A stretch of 64,000 bases of DNA, taken from positions 127 to 64,126 of the forward strand of contig JAKAFY010000007.1 in the NCBI GenBank assembly GCA_021817785.1, read 5' to 3'. The position numbers and the translations under genes were made by a program. Numbering within the stretch: position 1 is the first letter of the stretch; every line of letters begins with the position of its first letter. Below, piece by piece: positions 1-10,524 of this stretch. The stretch comes from a bacterium. GTDB lineage: Bacteria; Patescibacteriota; Microgenomatia; UBA10105; UBA927. The notes below the pieces were generated by a model, which ran no database searches, was not told the DNA's origin, and saw only the letters and a list, made by a program, of their open reading frames with translations.

Positions 1-53
1 CCTTTGATTTTGATCTGACATTCTGGAATTTTTTCTTATTTCTTCTCATCTAT

Positions 54-1163
54 ATGATATTCAGGAATCGTCATGCGTTCAAAAAAATACCCGTGTATAT
101 CAGCGATGTGTTCCTTATGTGCTTTGTCATATCATTGATTCCTTCAACATTATTCTCTCAGCATCCAAATCTATCCGTTTTGGGATTTATAGAAATAATA
201 TGCATGGTGCTCCTCTACTTGATTACTCGCGTTATTGGGTCTTATGTGGTCTGGAACATGATCTCTCTTATCGTATCGTTTCAGCTTATATTTGAAGGCT
301 TCCTAAGTCTCTCCCAATTTCTCATAAAAGGTCCGCTGGGACTGGCTATAGAAAGCGTGGGGGGCTTACTCTCACAATCAAATAACATTGAGTACGCTAT
401 CGAACAAGTAGGATTTTTCCGGTCCCGAGGAACGTTTGATAATTCAAACTCTCTCGGGACGTTTGCCGCCTGCTTGCTTCCATATATATCTATTCTGTTG
501 ATATATAAGCGCAATACAACGATAGAAAAAATCATATATTCACTGGGCGTACTGGCGGGCATAACCGCGGTTATTGTCAGTGGCAGCAGAACTTCTTTTT
601 TTGTCACCGCAGCATTTTTTACAGGAATATTTTATGTTCAGAGACGTGCGGCAGTATCATACCTACGAACGGGTGTTCTGACCAAAGTAGTAATAGTGAG
701 TTTATTTGTTGCCTCGCTACCGACAATTATTGTCCCGCGGGTAACGCAGCTTTATATTACGCTTCAGCCTGGCGGAGGTCTCACATTCCGCACGGACCTC
801 ATACGATACGCTATCCAGATGCTACGGGTAAACGTTATTGGTGTTGGGTTAGGAATGTTTCCCGTCGTGCTGTTCCGCTCTATCGGCACGTTTTTTTCTT
901 TTCCGACTGAGCCACATAATCTCTTCGCCCAGATCGCTGCGGAGGGTGGGTTTTGGGCTCTCGTGTTCTTTTGTCTCTTTCTGCTAACTGCGTTCATTCC
1001 ATATATAAAAAAGGCGTTGTGTACGTCTCGAGACAACAACCCGTATCAGACGGCTGCTGCGGCCTCTCTGTTTTCCATACTCATCGTGTCCAATGCTTAT
1101 CCATTTTTACTTCGCTCGAGCATCTTCCCATACTTTTGGGCGCTTCTGGCTGCGATAGTATAG
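54..1163 (+). CDS. Polytopic membrane protein with Wzy_C-like (O-antigen ligase/polymerase) features. Possibly 5'-partial, since the N-terminus already reads like mid-protein TM helices at the window edge.
   Basis: Many hydrophobic helices. A 'SGSRTSFF' motif resembles the Wzy_C SRxx signature. A long periplasmic loop follows. Confidence 0.4.
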   Translation: MIFRNRHAFKKIPVYISDVFLMCFVISLIPSTLFSQHPNLSVLGFIEIICMVLLYLITRVIGSYVVWNMISLIVSFQLIFEGFLSLSQFLIKGPLGLAIESVGGLLSQSNNIEYAIEQVGFFRSRGTFDNSNSLGTFAACLLPYISILLIYKRNTTIEKIIYSLGVLAGITAVIVSGSRTSFFVTAAFFTGIFYVQRRAAVSYLRTGVLTKVVIVSLFVASLPTIIVPRVTQLYITLQPGGGLTFRTDLIRYAIQMLRVNVIGVGLGMFPVVLFRSIGTFFSFPTEPHNLFAQIAAEGGFWALVFFCLFLLTAFIPYIKKALCTSRDNNPYQTAAAASLFSILIVSNAYPFLLRSSIFPYFWALLAAIV

Positions 1164-1184
1164 AAGCGTTATAATAAATCGATT

Positions 1185-2030
1185 ATGAATGCAGTGCTTC
1201 GACGTGCCAAAGTTTTACTAAAGAACATTACAGTCCTAGATCTTGTTGTCGGCGTAAGCATTGTCGCGGTCATACTTTTTTTCCTTATCTATTTTCCCAA
1301 AAAAAGTGCCTGGACGACTATAGAAATTAAATTACGATCCCCATACACGTCATTTAGTCCAAATGAGCAGCTGGCCGGGGCTCCATATTTTTGGCAGACC
1401 GCAACGATTAAGCCCGGAGATGCCCAGCTGGATTCAAGTGGCCAGCAGATTGCTGTAGTAGAGTCTGTCCATGGATGGGGTGACATCACAACAGAAACGT
1501 GGGTCACGATAAAAATACGGACGAACACTGATAAATCAAGTGTCCTTCAATTCAATTACCAGAACGTTTTTATAGGCTCTACTATAAAACTGCAAATCAG
1601 CAACTATACACTTGAGGGAATTGTGACACGTATCGGAGGCGTGGATAATAGACCGAAAGAGGAAAAAGTAATAAAAGCCCGACTCATCGATCCAAACAAC
1701 AAAAATTATGAAACATTTGGCGTGTCACCATGGGTTGCCGCAGCCCCACATGCTGGAGACAAGATGGTTGCGCCCGATGGCGACACCATTGCAGAAATAC
1801 AGTCCGTCGATGTCCAGGACGCCGATAGGACGGTCGTTACCTCAGATGGACGGGTCCTTGTCCAAAAAGATCCCTTAAGAAAAGACGTGTATCTTACGGT
1901 AAAGCTAGCAACGGCCAAAACAGATCATATTAACTATTTCCTAGATGACTATCCTGTGAAAATAGATGCCGAAATACCCCTATATTTCCCCACATATAAA
2001 ATAATCCCGAGAATTACGGATATTCTTTAA
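1185..2030 (+). CDS. Hypothetical protein with an N-terminal TM anchor, likely extracytoplasmic.
   Basis: Long ORF with an N-terminal hydrophobic helix (LVVGVSIVAVILFFLIYF). No recognisable catalytic motif. Confidence 0.3.
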   Translation: MNAVLRRAKVLLKNITVLDLVVGVSIVAVILFFLIYFPKKSAWTTIEIKLRSPYTSFSPNEQLAGAPYFWQTATIKPGDAQLDSSGQQIAVVESVHGWGDITTETWVTIKIRTNTDKSSVLQFNYQNVFIGSTIKLQISNYTLEGIVTRIGGVDNRPKEEKVIKARLIDPNNKNYETFGVSPWVAAAPHAGDKMVAPDGDTIAEIQSVDVQDADRTVVTSDGRVLVQKDPLRKDVYLTVKLATAKTDHINYFLDDYPVKIDAEIPLYFPTYKIIPRITDIL

Positions 2031-3124
2031 GAAAGTAGCGCGTCTATAAATTGTTTTTGCTTGGCAGAGTGAAAATGTTTCAGTACATATTCCTGAGCCT
2101 TTCGTCCCATCCGCGATGCTCTCTCGGGATTGTCTAATAATTGCCTTATTTTGCGTATCATTTCTCCTTGGCTGTTGGTCACATATCCCGTTTTTCCATC
2201 AATCACAACTTCTTGCGCTCCCGGAAAATTGTTTATCACGGACGGAACCCCGCACATAGCAGCTTCCAACACCACGTTTGGCATGCCTTCGATTTCTGAC
2301 GGCAACACCAATATTTTTGACCGCCTAAGATATTTCTCAACTGATAAGGAGAAGGGGAATACTATGACGTTTTTCGTTAATTTCATGCGTAGTATTTCCT
2401 GATGAATTGCGTCAGCAAGATCTCCTTCTCCAAGCAGTGCCATGCGCATGTTGACATTCGATTTCCGCATATAATTAACTAAGTTAAGAAGTGACTGAGT
2501 ATTTTTCTCTCGATCAAATCGTCCTACATAAATTAAATCATATAATGAAGCCTTCTTATGTTCGACAGGAAACAGGGTCCAATTCGAAATGACCGCAATC
2601 GTGTTTGGTGCTACATGGAAATGTTCAACCAAATCTTTTTTTACCGCTTCGCTTGGTGCAATAATCAGATCAGCTACTCTGTAGCATGTTCGTATCCAGA
2701 GGGCGAGCCACTGCCGACGCCTGATAATTAAAAAATTGGTAAGAAGTACTCCATCATTAAATACCAAATAATACTTAATCCAAAACATAAACTTTCTGAT
2801 GATCGCAAGTGCAATAGTAAGCGGGGGCAGGAATGTCAACACAACAGCCGGCTTCACCCTAGCCAATGTCCAGGCTATCCAAAAGAAAAATCCGAAAGGG
2901 GGGCGATACGTGAGATGGGCATGCGGATAGACCAATACGCGCACATTTTTGACTCCCTGTAATACCAAGCTGAATCCTTTCTTATCGTCAGAGCGCAACA
3001 ATATCAACACACGATGATTCGCCTTGGATTTCGATATATCTAACGCTATGTCGCGAATACGCTTTTGAATTCCGCCGATTCCCAAATTCCAAAATATAAT
3101 ACAAAGGGTAGTGTTCTCATTCAT
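2027..3124 (-). CDS. Glycosyltransferase, GT4 (GT-B fold) family.
   Basis: C-terminal 'EGMPNVVLEAAMCGVPSV' matches the E-x7-E nucleotide-sugar binding motif of GT4 enzymes. 'NLGIGGIQKRI' at the N-terminus. Confidence 0.8.
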   Translation of the reverse strand: MNENTTLCIIFWNLGIGGIQKRIRDIALDISKSKANHRVLILLRSDDKKGFSLVLQGVKNVRVLVYPHAHLTYRPPFGFFFWIAWTLARVKPAVVLTFLPPLTIALAIIRKFMFWIKYYLVFNDGVLLTNFLIIRRRQWLALWIRTCYRVADLIIAPSEAVKKDLVEHFHVAPNTIAVISNWTLFPVEHKKASLYDLIYVGRFDREKNTQSLLNLVNYMRKSNVNMRMALLGEGDLADAIHQEILRMKLTKNVIVFPFSLSVEKYLRRSKILVLPSEIEGMPNVVLEAAMCGVPSVINNFPGAQEVVIDGKTGYVTNSQGEMIRKIRQLLDNPERASRMGRKAQEYVLKHFHSAKQKQFIDALLS

Positions 3125-4275
3125 ACAAGTAGGGCGGTCGTATAGCGTTCGATGGCACTCCTTCCAAATAATTTGGTCACGTACGCATGCGCATTATTTC
3201 CAAGTTTATTTCTTACTGTGCGGTTTTTAAGTAATTTCAGTATATTTTGCTCCATGTCTACCATTGAATTGCAGATATATCCGGTTACTCCATGAATGAT
3301 AATTTCGGGTGCTCCGGGAAAATTAGTTACCACGCTTGGTAGATAATACGCCCCCGCCTCTATCAATGATACAGGCATCCCTTCATTTACCGTCGTCATT
3401 ATATATATTTTCGACTGCTGATAATATGGAGCTATCTCTGGATGGAATCCGTGAATAATGACGTGCTTTTCTAAATTATGTGCCCGTATAAATGACCGCA
3501 TCATCTGCTCGTCTTTTCCTTTCCCTATGAGACATAGTGTGATGGAGGGATATACGTATTTTAGACGATCAACAAGGTATAATAACGCTATCAAGTTTTT
3601 TTCTTTGGCAAATCTTCCCGCAAATAACAAATCATATCGTTTACGCTGAATCCGAACTTCTTTAATAAGCGTCCAATTGGGGACAACACAAAGAAGGCGT
3701 TTCGGAATATGATAGTGTTTGATAAGGTCTTTTTTACAAGCAACACTCGGGACAAGTATTCGATATGCAAGCCTATAACACAGCGCGATGCTCACGTTCC
3801 ATATCAACGGCGGCCTCTTGTTTAACTTTACATAATTTGATGTAAGAACGTTTTCACCCAGAACAAGCTTTGTTTTATATTGAAGCAATATAATTCGCAT
3901 GACCGCTATTATGATAGATAACTGATCCAGGAATGTTAGGCAAACATCAGGACGGATTCTTATAAATTGTGTGCCGAGCCAATAAATGAAATGAAAGGAT
4001 TTTATCAGACGGGTTTTACTTTGATACGGATGGTAGATGACGCGCGCCTGAGTATTTTGTTGAATCTCTTTTACCCATATACTTACATCCATATTTTTAA
4101 CAACTAAATATACTTCCCAGGATGGGCGCGTCCTCTGTATGTGGATAAGCATATCTCGAAGTAATTTTTGAATCCCTCCGATGTCCATGTTCCAAATAAC
4201 AATCATGAGTCGTTTTTTATTCATATAGTTATGTTGCGCCTTTGTAGCCATGCACCTAAAATAAGCATGTTCCAA
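3121..4275 (-). CDS. Glycosyltransferase, GT4 family (paralog of the upstream gene).
   Basis: 'EGMPVSLIEAGAYYLPSVV' GT4 motif. N-terminal 'NMDIGGIQKLL' parallels the neighbouring gene. Its stop overlaps the previous gene's start, suggesting an operon. Confidence 0.75.
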   Translation of the reverse strand: MEHAYFRCMATKAQHNYMNKKRLMIVIWNMDIGGIQKLLRDMLIHIQRTRPSWEVYLVVKNMDVSIWVKEIQQNTQARVIYHPYQSKTRLIKSFHFIYWLGTQFIRIRPDVCLTFLDQLSIIIAVMRIILLQYKTKLVLGENVLTSNYVKLNKRPPLIWNVSIALCYRLAYRILVPSVACKKDLIKHYHIPKRLLCVVPNWTLIKEVRIQRKRYDLLFAGRFAKEKNLIALLYLVDRLKYVYPSITLCLIGKGKDEQMMRSFIRAHNLEKHVIIHGFHPEIAPYYQQSKIYIMTTVNEGMPVSLIEAGAYYLPSVVTNFPGAPEIIIHGVTGYICNSMVDMEQNILKLLKNRTVRNKLGNNAHAYVTKLFGRSAIERYTTALLV

Positions 4276-6011
4276 ATTTTATCCGCATGATCCGCCCGAC
4301 GCGCAATATGATCGTCAACAATCGAGGCATAATACTTCGTATGTAATGCTGGCGCATATTCATTAATATATTCAACCGACATGCGAGCATACTCACTAAG
4401 TTCACCTGAGAGCCAGTCACGAAGCGGCACGGAAAATCCGTGTTTTGGTCTCCACACAAACCACCAGGGAAAATATTTGGAGGCAACCTGTTTCAATAGA
4501 TACTTTCCCTGCAACCACTTTACTTTCTGACTGTCCGACAAATTCAATGCAAAATTAATAATATCCGTATCCACATAGGGAGCACGGGATTCTAAATTGT
4601 ATGCCATCGTACTTTTATCCGCTTTCATAAATAGCTGCTCGCTCAGGTACCCGCGATAATCGGACAGTTGCATGCGAAGCAAAAAATCAGAAACACGGGG
4701 GAAATAGATTTGCCTATCATGAGCATCTTGACCCGTAAACAATTTTCTTCGTTCAGCCTGAGTCCATATGCGCTGGGTACAATACCGCTGTTCCAACGTT
4801 TGATACACTTGTTGAAACCGATGTGGAGCTGTTGCTCTCGCAAGCAAAAGTGCCGGGCCAAAAATGGTCATTCTGTTTCTTACATACTCTATGACCATTT
4901 GCCGCACATATCGGGTATAGCCCCCAAATAATTCATCGGCTCCTTCGCCGGTAAGCACCACCTTGACTGATTTTCGCGCCTCTTTAGAAAGAAGCAGCGT
5001 GGGAAGTATTGCAGGATCGGATACCGGTTCATCAATATAGGAACCTAAGTTATCAAGAAATGGGCGAATGGATTCTGCGGTACATAACACTTCCGTGTGG
5101 TGCGTGCCCAACATCTTTGCAGCATATCGGGCAAATAGAGATTCATCATTTCGTGCATACCCAGGAAACGATACGGAATAGGTACGCAAATTGGGAGAAT
5201 ATTGGGATGCAAAATATGCAATCAATGCAGAATCGATGCCCCCACTGATAAAACATCCAACGGGCACATCGGCCAACATTCTTGCGTGAACTGACCGTTC
5301 AAGTAAAACGCGCAGGTGCTGACGGTAGTTTGTTTTCTCTGATTTGGATACAACGAAGGGGGGATTCCAATATGTGTCACGCTTTGCCACACGATAACGC
5401 TTGTTATAGATAAGGTATTCTGACGCCAATACTTTTTTTATACGCTTTACAAGCGTTTCATGACCGTATATATACCCTTTTGACATATACTGGGCCAGAG
5501 AGTGCGGCCGGATTTTTGGGCGGTCTACAAAGGGAAGAAGCGCTTTCATTTCAGATGAAAACGCAAACACATCATCTGTTTGAATATAATAAAGCGGCTT
5601 TTCGCCGGACTTGTCCCTGGCCAATATTAATACCTGCCGTTTCGTGTCGTAAATACTTAATGCGAACATTCCCTCTAACATGGAAAATGCTGCCGCGCCA
5701 TACAGATCATAAAGAGGGAGTATGACATACGCATCAAGCCCGTCTGGCAATGCAATGTTTCTGCGCTTTAACGCGTTCCGAAGATCTAAATGATTATAGA
5801 TTTCCCCGTTATATAACAGAACATATTGTTTATACCTGACCGGATACAATCCGCGACGCATATCAACAATGGCCAACCTATTCATACCCATATGAGTCTG
5901 TTGATCTACGTATATCGCGCGCTCATCGCGCCCACGATGCTCTATGGCCTCGAGCATCTGCACGAGCAATTTTTTATTCTTTTTACCAAAAAATCCGACG
6001 ATACCACACAT
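4221..6011 (-). CDS. asnB: Asparagine synthase (glutamine-hydrolysing), class II amidotransferase.
   Basis: N-terminal 'MCGIVGFFG' has the Cys2 nucleophile. A PP-loop 'SGGIDSALIA' is present. Length ~600 aa. asnB paralogs are common in glycan clusters. Confidence 0.85.
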   Translation of the reverse strand: MCGIVGFFGKKNKKLLVQMLEAIEHRGRDERAIYVDQQTHMGMNRLAIVDMRRGLYPVRYKQYVLLYNGEIYNHLDLRNALKRRNIALPDGLDAYVILPLYDLYGAAAFSMLEGMFALSIYDTKRQVLILARDKSGEKPLYYIQTDDVFAFSSEMKALLPFVDRPKIRPHSLAQYMSKGYIYGHETLVKRIKKVLASEYLIYNKRYRVAKRDTYWNPPFVVSKSEKTNYRQHLRVLLERSVHARMLADVPVGCFISGGIDSALIAYFASQYSPNLRTYSVSFPGYARNDESLFARYAAKMLGTHHTEVLCTAESIRPFLDNLGSYIDEPVSDPAILPTLLLSKEARKSVKVVLTGEGADELFGGYTRYVRQMVIEYVRNRMTIFGPALLLARATAPHRFQQVYQTLEQRYCTQRIWTQAERRKLFTGQDAHDRQIYFPRVSDFLLRMQLSDYRGYLSEQLFMKADKSTMAYNLESRAPYVDTDIINFALNLSDSQKVKWLQGKYLLKQVASKYFPWWFVWRPKHGFSVPLRDWLSGELSEYARMSVEYINEYAPALHTKYYASIVDDHIARRADHADKIWNMLILGAWLQRRNITI

Positions 6012-6085
6012 ATATTTAATAGGCAGGCGTAATTATAAATAACCTAGCTATAGTATACTAACGGGATATTGTTGTGTAGTTCATT

Positions 6086-9000
6086 ATGAAAATGCGTATC
6101 GTTTTTTTGTTGATTTGTCTATGTGTCGTTAGTTGCGGTTTTATCGCGTTACGCGCTTTTTTAGTCTTTCAGGGGTCAGCAGGATGGATACAGTCATGGA
6201 AATCACCCATAGCAATCCACAAAAGTTTGCCGTTAGAATTCGGTGGTTTTACCCCCGCAGGAAACTCTTTATATCTAAGTCTCGAGAATGGAAATTTTTA
6301 TCGAGTAAGCCAGAAAGGAGACGCGCAGTGGTCCTTTAGCATGCAAGACTACACCATTTACCCGCCGGCATTTGATGGAAACGTTGTGTATATTTCAAGC
6401 TTTGATGGGAGACTGTATGCCCTTGACAGGCGCACGGGCAAAGAGCTGTGGCGGTTTACGACACCGGATTATCTCAAAGCAGATACAGAGCCGCGCATTT
6501 CCGAAGGCCTTGTATATTTCGGTAGCAGGAACGGGACATTCTATGCGCTAAACAAGAATACGGGAAAGGTTGTCTGGCAATTTATCACAACCCCCATAGA
6601 CCGTGCTCATTATACCCCCGGAGAAACGATCATTCACTTCGGCCGTTTTTCAGTTGATGATACTGCTGTGTATATAAACAGTGCGACAAATAATACTCTG
6701 TATGCACTCGATAAAACGACCGGAACTATTAAGTGGCGTTTGTCAGATTATGGGTTCGCATACCTACGGCCTCGTATATTCGCTAACAGCGTGTCTATCT
6801 GGAACGACAGGGGAGAATATATTCTTTTGGACAAACGGTCGGGGACACAACTTTTTAAAATACGGGCCTCACCAGATCATCTCGCAAGCGACACGCACTA
6901 TACCTATATCATATTGGGCACTTTGATAAGTGCCATAAACAATAACAATGGTCAACGGATATGGACACGTCAGGATCCTTATACACCACAAAGCGTTCAC
7001 GTCATACAAGATGGCAATGTCTCGTTCATAAGTGACCATAACGGAGCGACATATTTATCGATTCTAGACGGTTCGTCCGGTCGTGTACTCTGGCTTGTTC
7101 CCACCGGTGTGAGTGATATTAAAAACGTTATAAACAACAATGGTCTCATGTATGTGCTTGGAGGCGCCAAACAATGTGCTTGGTTTTCCAATACTGGAAA
7201 GGTGGCATGGTGTACCACCATCCCAAATAGTACCGGCGAGTCATATTTTCATCCGTCTGGTATATATGTCATTTCCAAAGACGGCCAGGTGCTCCGTATT
7301 ACTGATGTCGATACAAAATCCGGCAATATTCTCTGGCAATACGCCTCTGACATCATCCATCCGGATTATATTAGAGAATTGGGTGGCGACATCTACTTTT
7401 TGACCAGAGACCGTTTGCGTGTTGTAAAAATTAATCACGCGGCCGCTGGTGGACAGATCAGCACTCAACAATTACAAAAGCGCTTCCAGTTCCAATCGTA
7501 TATTTCATTTTTTGCCGGTCTATGGAAACGCGTGCAGACTCGGATTATCCCGATACCGACATTGGGGCGCCGCGCGTTTACAATAACAGAGCCTGAACAA
7601 ATCATAAAACAGAATCATGTGGCCGAGTTAACGTTTTCTCGGGATGACATCGACTATAAAAATGCGCAACATGACGTAAATATCAGGGTGACGTTTACCG
7701 GACCAAATGAGACTGTCTATACTGTCTCCGGCTTCTATTTTGATAAAAACACCTGGAAAGTTCGCTTTATTCCCGGATCCACTGGCGATTGGCAATGGAA
7801 GGCGACAATAAAAGATTCGTCATATACACAGACTGATCGGGGTAACTTTCACTCAATCAGTTCGACTGCAGACGGATTTCTTTCTATATCCTCGGTCAAT
7901 CCTCACCTGTTTACGATTGATTATAAAACCGAGTTTTATCCCATTGGGATGCAAGATTGCATCCGGGATGAAAATCAGGATGGCGACCCTCTCGAGCAAT
8001 GGTTTCCTGGCATAAAAAAGGCACCACCCGTCAACCCTGTGTCATTACCCGCATATTCGATGAATGATTATTTATCTCTCTATCGAGAGAGCGGAGTTAA
8101 TCTTTGGCGCTGGGGAGCAGGAAATTGTGCACAGACACTGTGGAAGGAGCTCTCACCAGACGGGAATAGATACGCACTCAATGAAGGATATTATACCGAT
8201 ATGTTATTCGAGAGTTTGAAACGCCATGGATATCATATTTGGATGAGTCTATTTAGCTTTACTATGCCGTTTAACCAACATAGTCAGCCGGGTCAGCGGG
8301 CGATACTTAAAGACTATCTTGATTATGTCGTGGCCCGCTATGGCGCCTATGTCGACGTTTGGGAATTAGCCAATGAAATAGACCTGACAGACGCAGAAAT
8401 ACGCTATATGTCCACATATATCCGCTCGATTGATCCATATCACCACCCCATTACCACAAGTTGGCAGCGCCCCAACAATACATATATAGACATCAACTCG
8501 CTTCATTGGTATGACACGGGGTGCAATATACATTGTGATATAAATATTGACTCACAGATTAATCCTTATAAAGAACTTGGTAAACCAACGGTATTTAGCG
8601 AAATAGGGAATCGTGATGCAAACTGGGATGCTACGTCTGCTGACAGATTACGAATACTCCTGTGGATTGGTTTCATGAAAAACATATCCATGATCTATTG
8701 GAACACTGCGACGAGCTATTATGTAAATCCGCAGGGCACGTCAAATATATATCTGGGCCCAACCGAAAGAGAGTATGTGTCTGTGTTTAGCCGTCTTATA
8801 AAGAGCGCCGGTATTCATGCTACACAACTAGACATATCTTCTTCAACAATGGGCGTAAATATATTCAGTCAATTAACTTCAAGTCATTTGCTTATCTATC
8901 TCTATCGAGGCACAACATCATCCTCTGCACAATCTGCCTCGTTTTATACAGTTCTCCCTTTCTCGGGAAACGGACAGTGGATCGATCCAAAAAGTGGGCG

Positions 9001-9097
9001 TGTAATCAAAAGCATTGATATCGTGTCTGGCAATCAAACGATTACCTCTCCGTCGTTTTCCTCAGATCTTGTATTTAAATTGTCCGCTACTCACTAG
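6086..9097 (+). CDS. Secreted 1003-aa protein. The N-terminal half is a PQQ-like beta-propeller; the C-terminal half is a GH5-like (TIM-barrel) glycoside hydrolase-like domain.
   Basis: Signal-like N-terminus. Repeated 'G.LYALD..TG...W' PQQ-repeat motifs (e.g. LYALDRRTGKELWRF, FYALNKNTGKVVWQF, LYALDKTTGTIKWRL). 'WELANEIDL' and 'VFSEIGN' resemble the GH5 acid/base NEP and nucleophile motifs. Confidence 0.5.
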   Translation: MKMRIVFLLICLCVVSCGFIALRAFLVFQGSAGWIQSWKSPIAIHKSLPLEFGGFTPAGNSLYLSLENGNFYRVSQKGDAQWSFSMQDYTIYPPAFDGNVVYISSFDGRLYALDRRTGKELWRFTTPDYLKADTEPRISEGLVYFGSRNGTFYALNKNTGKVVWQFITTPIDRAHYTPGETIIHFGRFSVDDTAVYINSATNNTLYALDKTTGTIKWRLSDYGFAYLRPRIFANSVSIWNDRGEYILLDKRSGTQLFKIRASPDHLASDTHYTYIILGTLISAINNNNGQRIWTRQDPYTPQSVHVIQDGNVSFISDHNGATYLSILDGSSGRVLWLVPTGVSDIKNVINNNGLMYVLGGAKQCAWFSNTGKVAWCTTIPNSTGESYFHPSGIYVISKDGQVLRITDVDTKSGNILWQYASDIIHPDYIRELGGDIYFLTRDRLRVVKINHAAAGGQISTQQLQKRFQFQSYISFFAGLWKRVQTRIIPIPTLGRRAFTITEPEQIIKQNHVAELTFSRDDIDYKNAQHDVNIRVTFTGPNETVYTVSGFYFDKNTWKVRFIPGSTGDWQWKATIKDSSYTQTDRGNFHSISSTADGFLSISSVNPHLFTIDYKTEFYPIGMQDCIRDENQDGDPLEQWFPGIKKAPPVNPVSLPAYSMNDYLSLYRESGVNLWRWGAGNCAQTLWKELSPDGNRYALNEGYYTDMLFESLKRHGYHIWMSLFSFTMPFNQHSQPGQRAILKDYLDYVVARYGAYVDVWELANEIDLTDAEIRYMSTYIRSIDPYHHPITTSWQRPNNTYIDINSLHWYDTGCNIHCDINIDSQINPYKELGKPTVFSEIGNRDANWDATSADRLRILLWIGFMKNISMIYWNTATSYYVNPQGTSNIYLGPTEREYVSVFSRLIKSAGIHATQLDISSSTMGVNIFSQLTSSHLLIYLYRGTTSSSAQSASFYTVLPFSGNGQWIDPKSGRVIKSIDIVSGNQTITSPSFSSDLVFKLSATH

Positions 9098-9114
9098 TCG
9101 AAATCGATATAAAT

Positions 9115-10524
9115 CTATTCAACGCTAACGTGCCATTTACACGTCTTTTCGTATAACAATCCTTGAGGCGAACACACATTTGTGGCCCCCGTGCTTTGGC
9201 TATTTCCTGTTATGGTGACATATTTTTGTACTGCATTTTTATTCTCTCTTATACATTGAGTGCCTCGACCATCTAATGTTGAGGAGCAAGAAAATTGAAG
9301 GCTTGTATTTCCAGTGAATTGGTTGTCGTTTAGTAAATATACGAGTGCTTCCTGATATTCCGATCGCCCATCAAGGTAATATCCGACATACGACTGCGCA
9401 TGTGACTGTAACCATGAAATTAGCGCGTCATCTCCAACATAATCCGCTTTCCAGTACTGCATTCGGCCCAATGTGGCACCAAACGAGAAGGGTGTTGTGC
9501 AGCAGACAAGAATTGCAAAAAATATCATACTTGTAAGTTTATTGCTTTCTGCAACATCGTTAAAAGACACAATAAGTAGACACATAGATACCAAAAAGGT
9601 GGGCAATAAATAGTATGCCTGTATATTTTGTATTGTGAATATCGGAATTAGTCCAAATAACAACAATAACGTAGGTACGAGGAACTCTCGGTGGTTTGCT
9701 AGCTTATTGCGAACGACATACACCACCAAAACAATCATACTCAACATGAATGGGACGAACTGACTTACGTATTGCCAAAAAATTTTTCCTATAACGAAAC
9801 CATGCGCCGGACTGACTACAAGAGACGACGGATAGGAACCGTGAGTAGACAACGCTAAAAAGAGGCGCGGGAACAACATACACGCGTATGTTATAAACAG
9901 AACCGATACTGCCAACAAATATCCTCGCTTATGATCGACCCATAGAGCATAAATGAACACCGGGAGATAATAAATAAATGTTTCCTTCGTAAGACACCCA
10001 AGTAGCAACGTTACAAAAAGAAAAAAATAATAACGGCGTATATACAACACCAGTGACAGCACCAAACATATCCCCAATATGGTTTCAGAAACACCAAGTC
10101 TCCAAAAGGAATCCACGGTAATCGGACTGATAAAATAGCAGGCCACAATTGGAAAAACGAGAAGCTTTCGCTTGGATAATGTGAGTGTAGTTAGGATTGT
10201 AAATCCCACCATGACCCCATAAACTTCAAAATAACATCGCCCGATGTACCCACACGCTCGCGACAAAGGAATGCGGACCAGGTAGTGTAATGGCCAAAAC
10301 CTATTGGGTTCAACGATATAACTTGATATATTTGCAAGTGAATTGCTCTTATAATTAACAGTTTCTGCAATATCCAACAAGCTTGGGTACGTGTGCGTTA
10401 ATTGCGGGGAGATAAAAGCTATGCCAAAAACAATGCTTAATACAATAACCAATAAATTTTCCCTCAACCGCAATATGTTTCGATTTGCTTTCATTGGTGT
10501 CTTCTTAATAGTTGCTGCAACCAT
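9115..10524 (-). CDS. Polytopic integral membrane protein, possibly a GT-C fold glycosyltransferase (ArnT/PMT-like). The true start is probably internal (MKANR...).
   Basis: About 10 or more predicted TM helices, then a C-terminal soluble domain. Its 5' end overlaps the divergent ORF at 10391, so the start is uncertain. Confidence 0.35.
   Translation of the reverse strand: MVAATIKKTPMKANRNILRLRENLLVIVLSIVFGIAFISPQLTHTYPSLLDIAETVNYKSNSLANISSYIVEPNRFWPLHYLVRIPLSRACGYIGRCYFEVYGVMVGFTILTTLTLSKRKLLVFPIVACYFISPITVDSFWRLGVSETILGICLVLSLVLYIRRYYFFLFVTLLLGCLTKETFIYYLPVFIYALWVDHKRGYLLAVSVLFITYACMLFPRLFLALSTHGSYPSSLVVSPAHGFVIGKIFWQYVSQFVPFMLSMIVLVVYVVRNKLANHREFLVPTLLLLFGLIPIFTIQNIQAYYLLPTFLVSMCLLIVSFNDVAESNKLTSMIFFAILVCCTTPFSFGATLGRMQYWKADYVGDDALISWLQSHAQSYVGYYLDGRSEYQEALVYLLNDNQFTGNTSLQFSCSSTLDGRGTQCIRENKNAVQKYVTITGNSQSTGATNVCSPQGLLYEKTCKWHVSVE

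Noticed and set aside
6133-6339. 68-aa ORF in an alternative frame at the start of the PQQ protein gene.
   Set aside because: It is fully inside the 1003-aa ORF, which has strong repeat-motif support.
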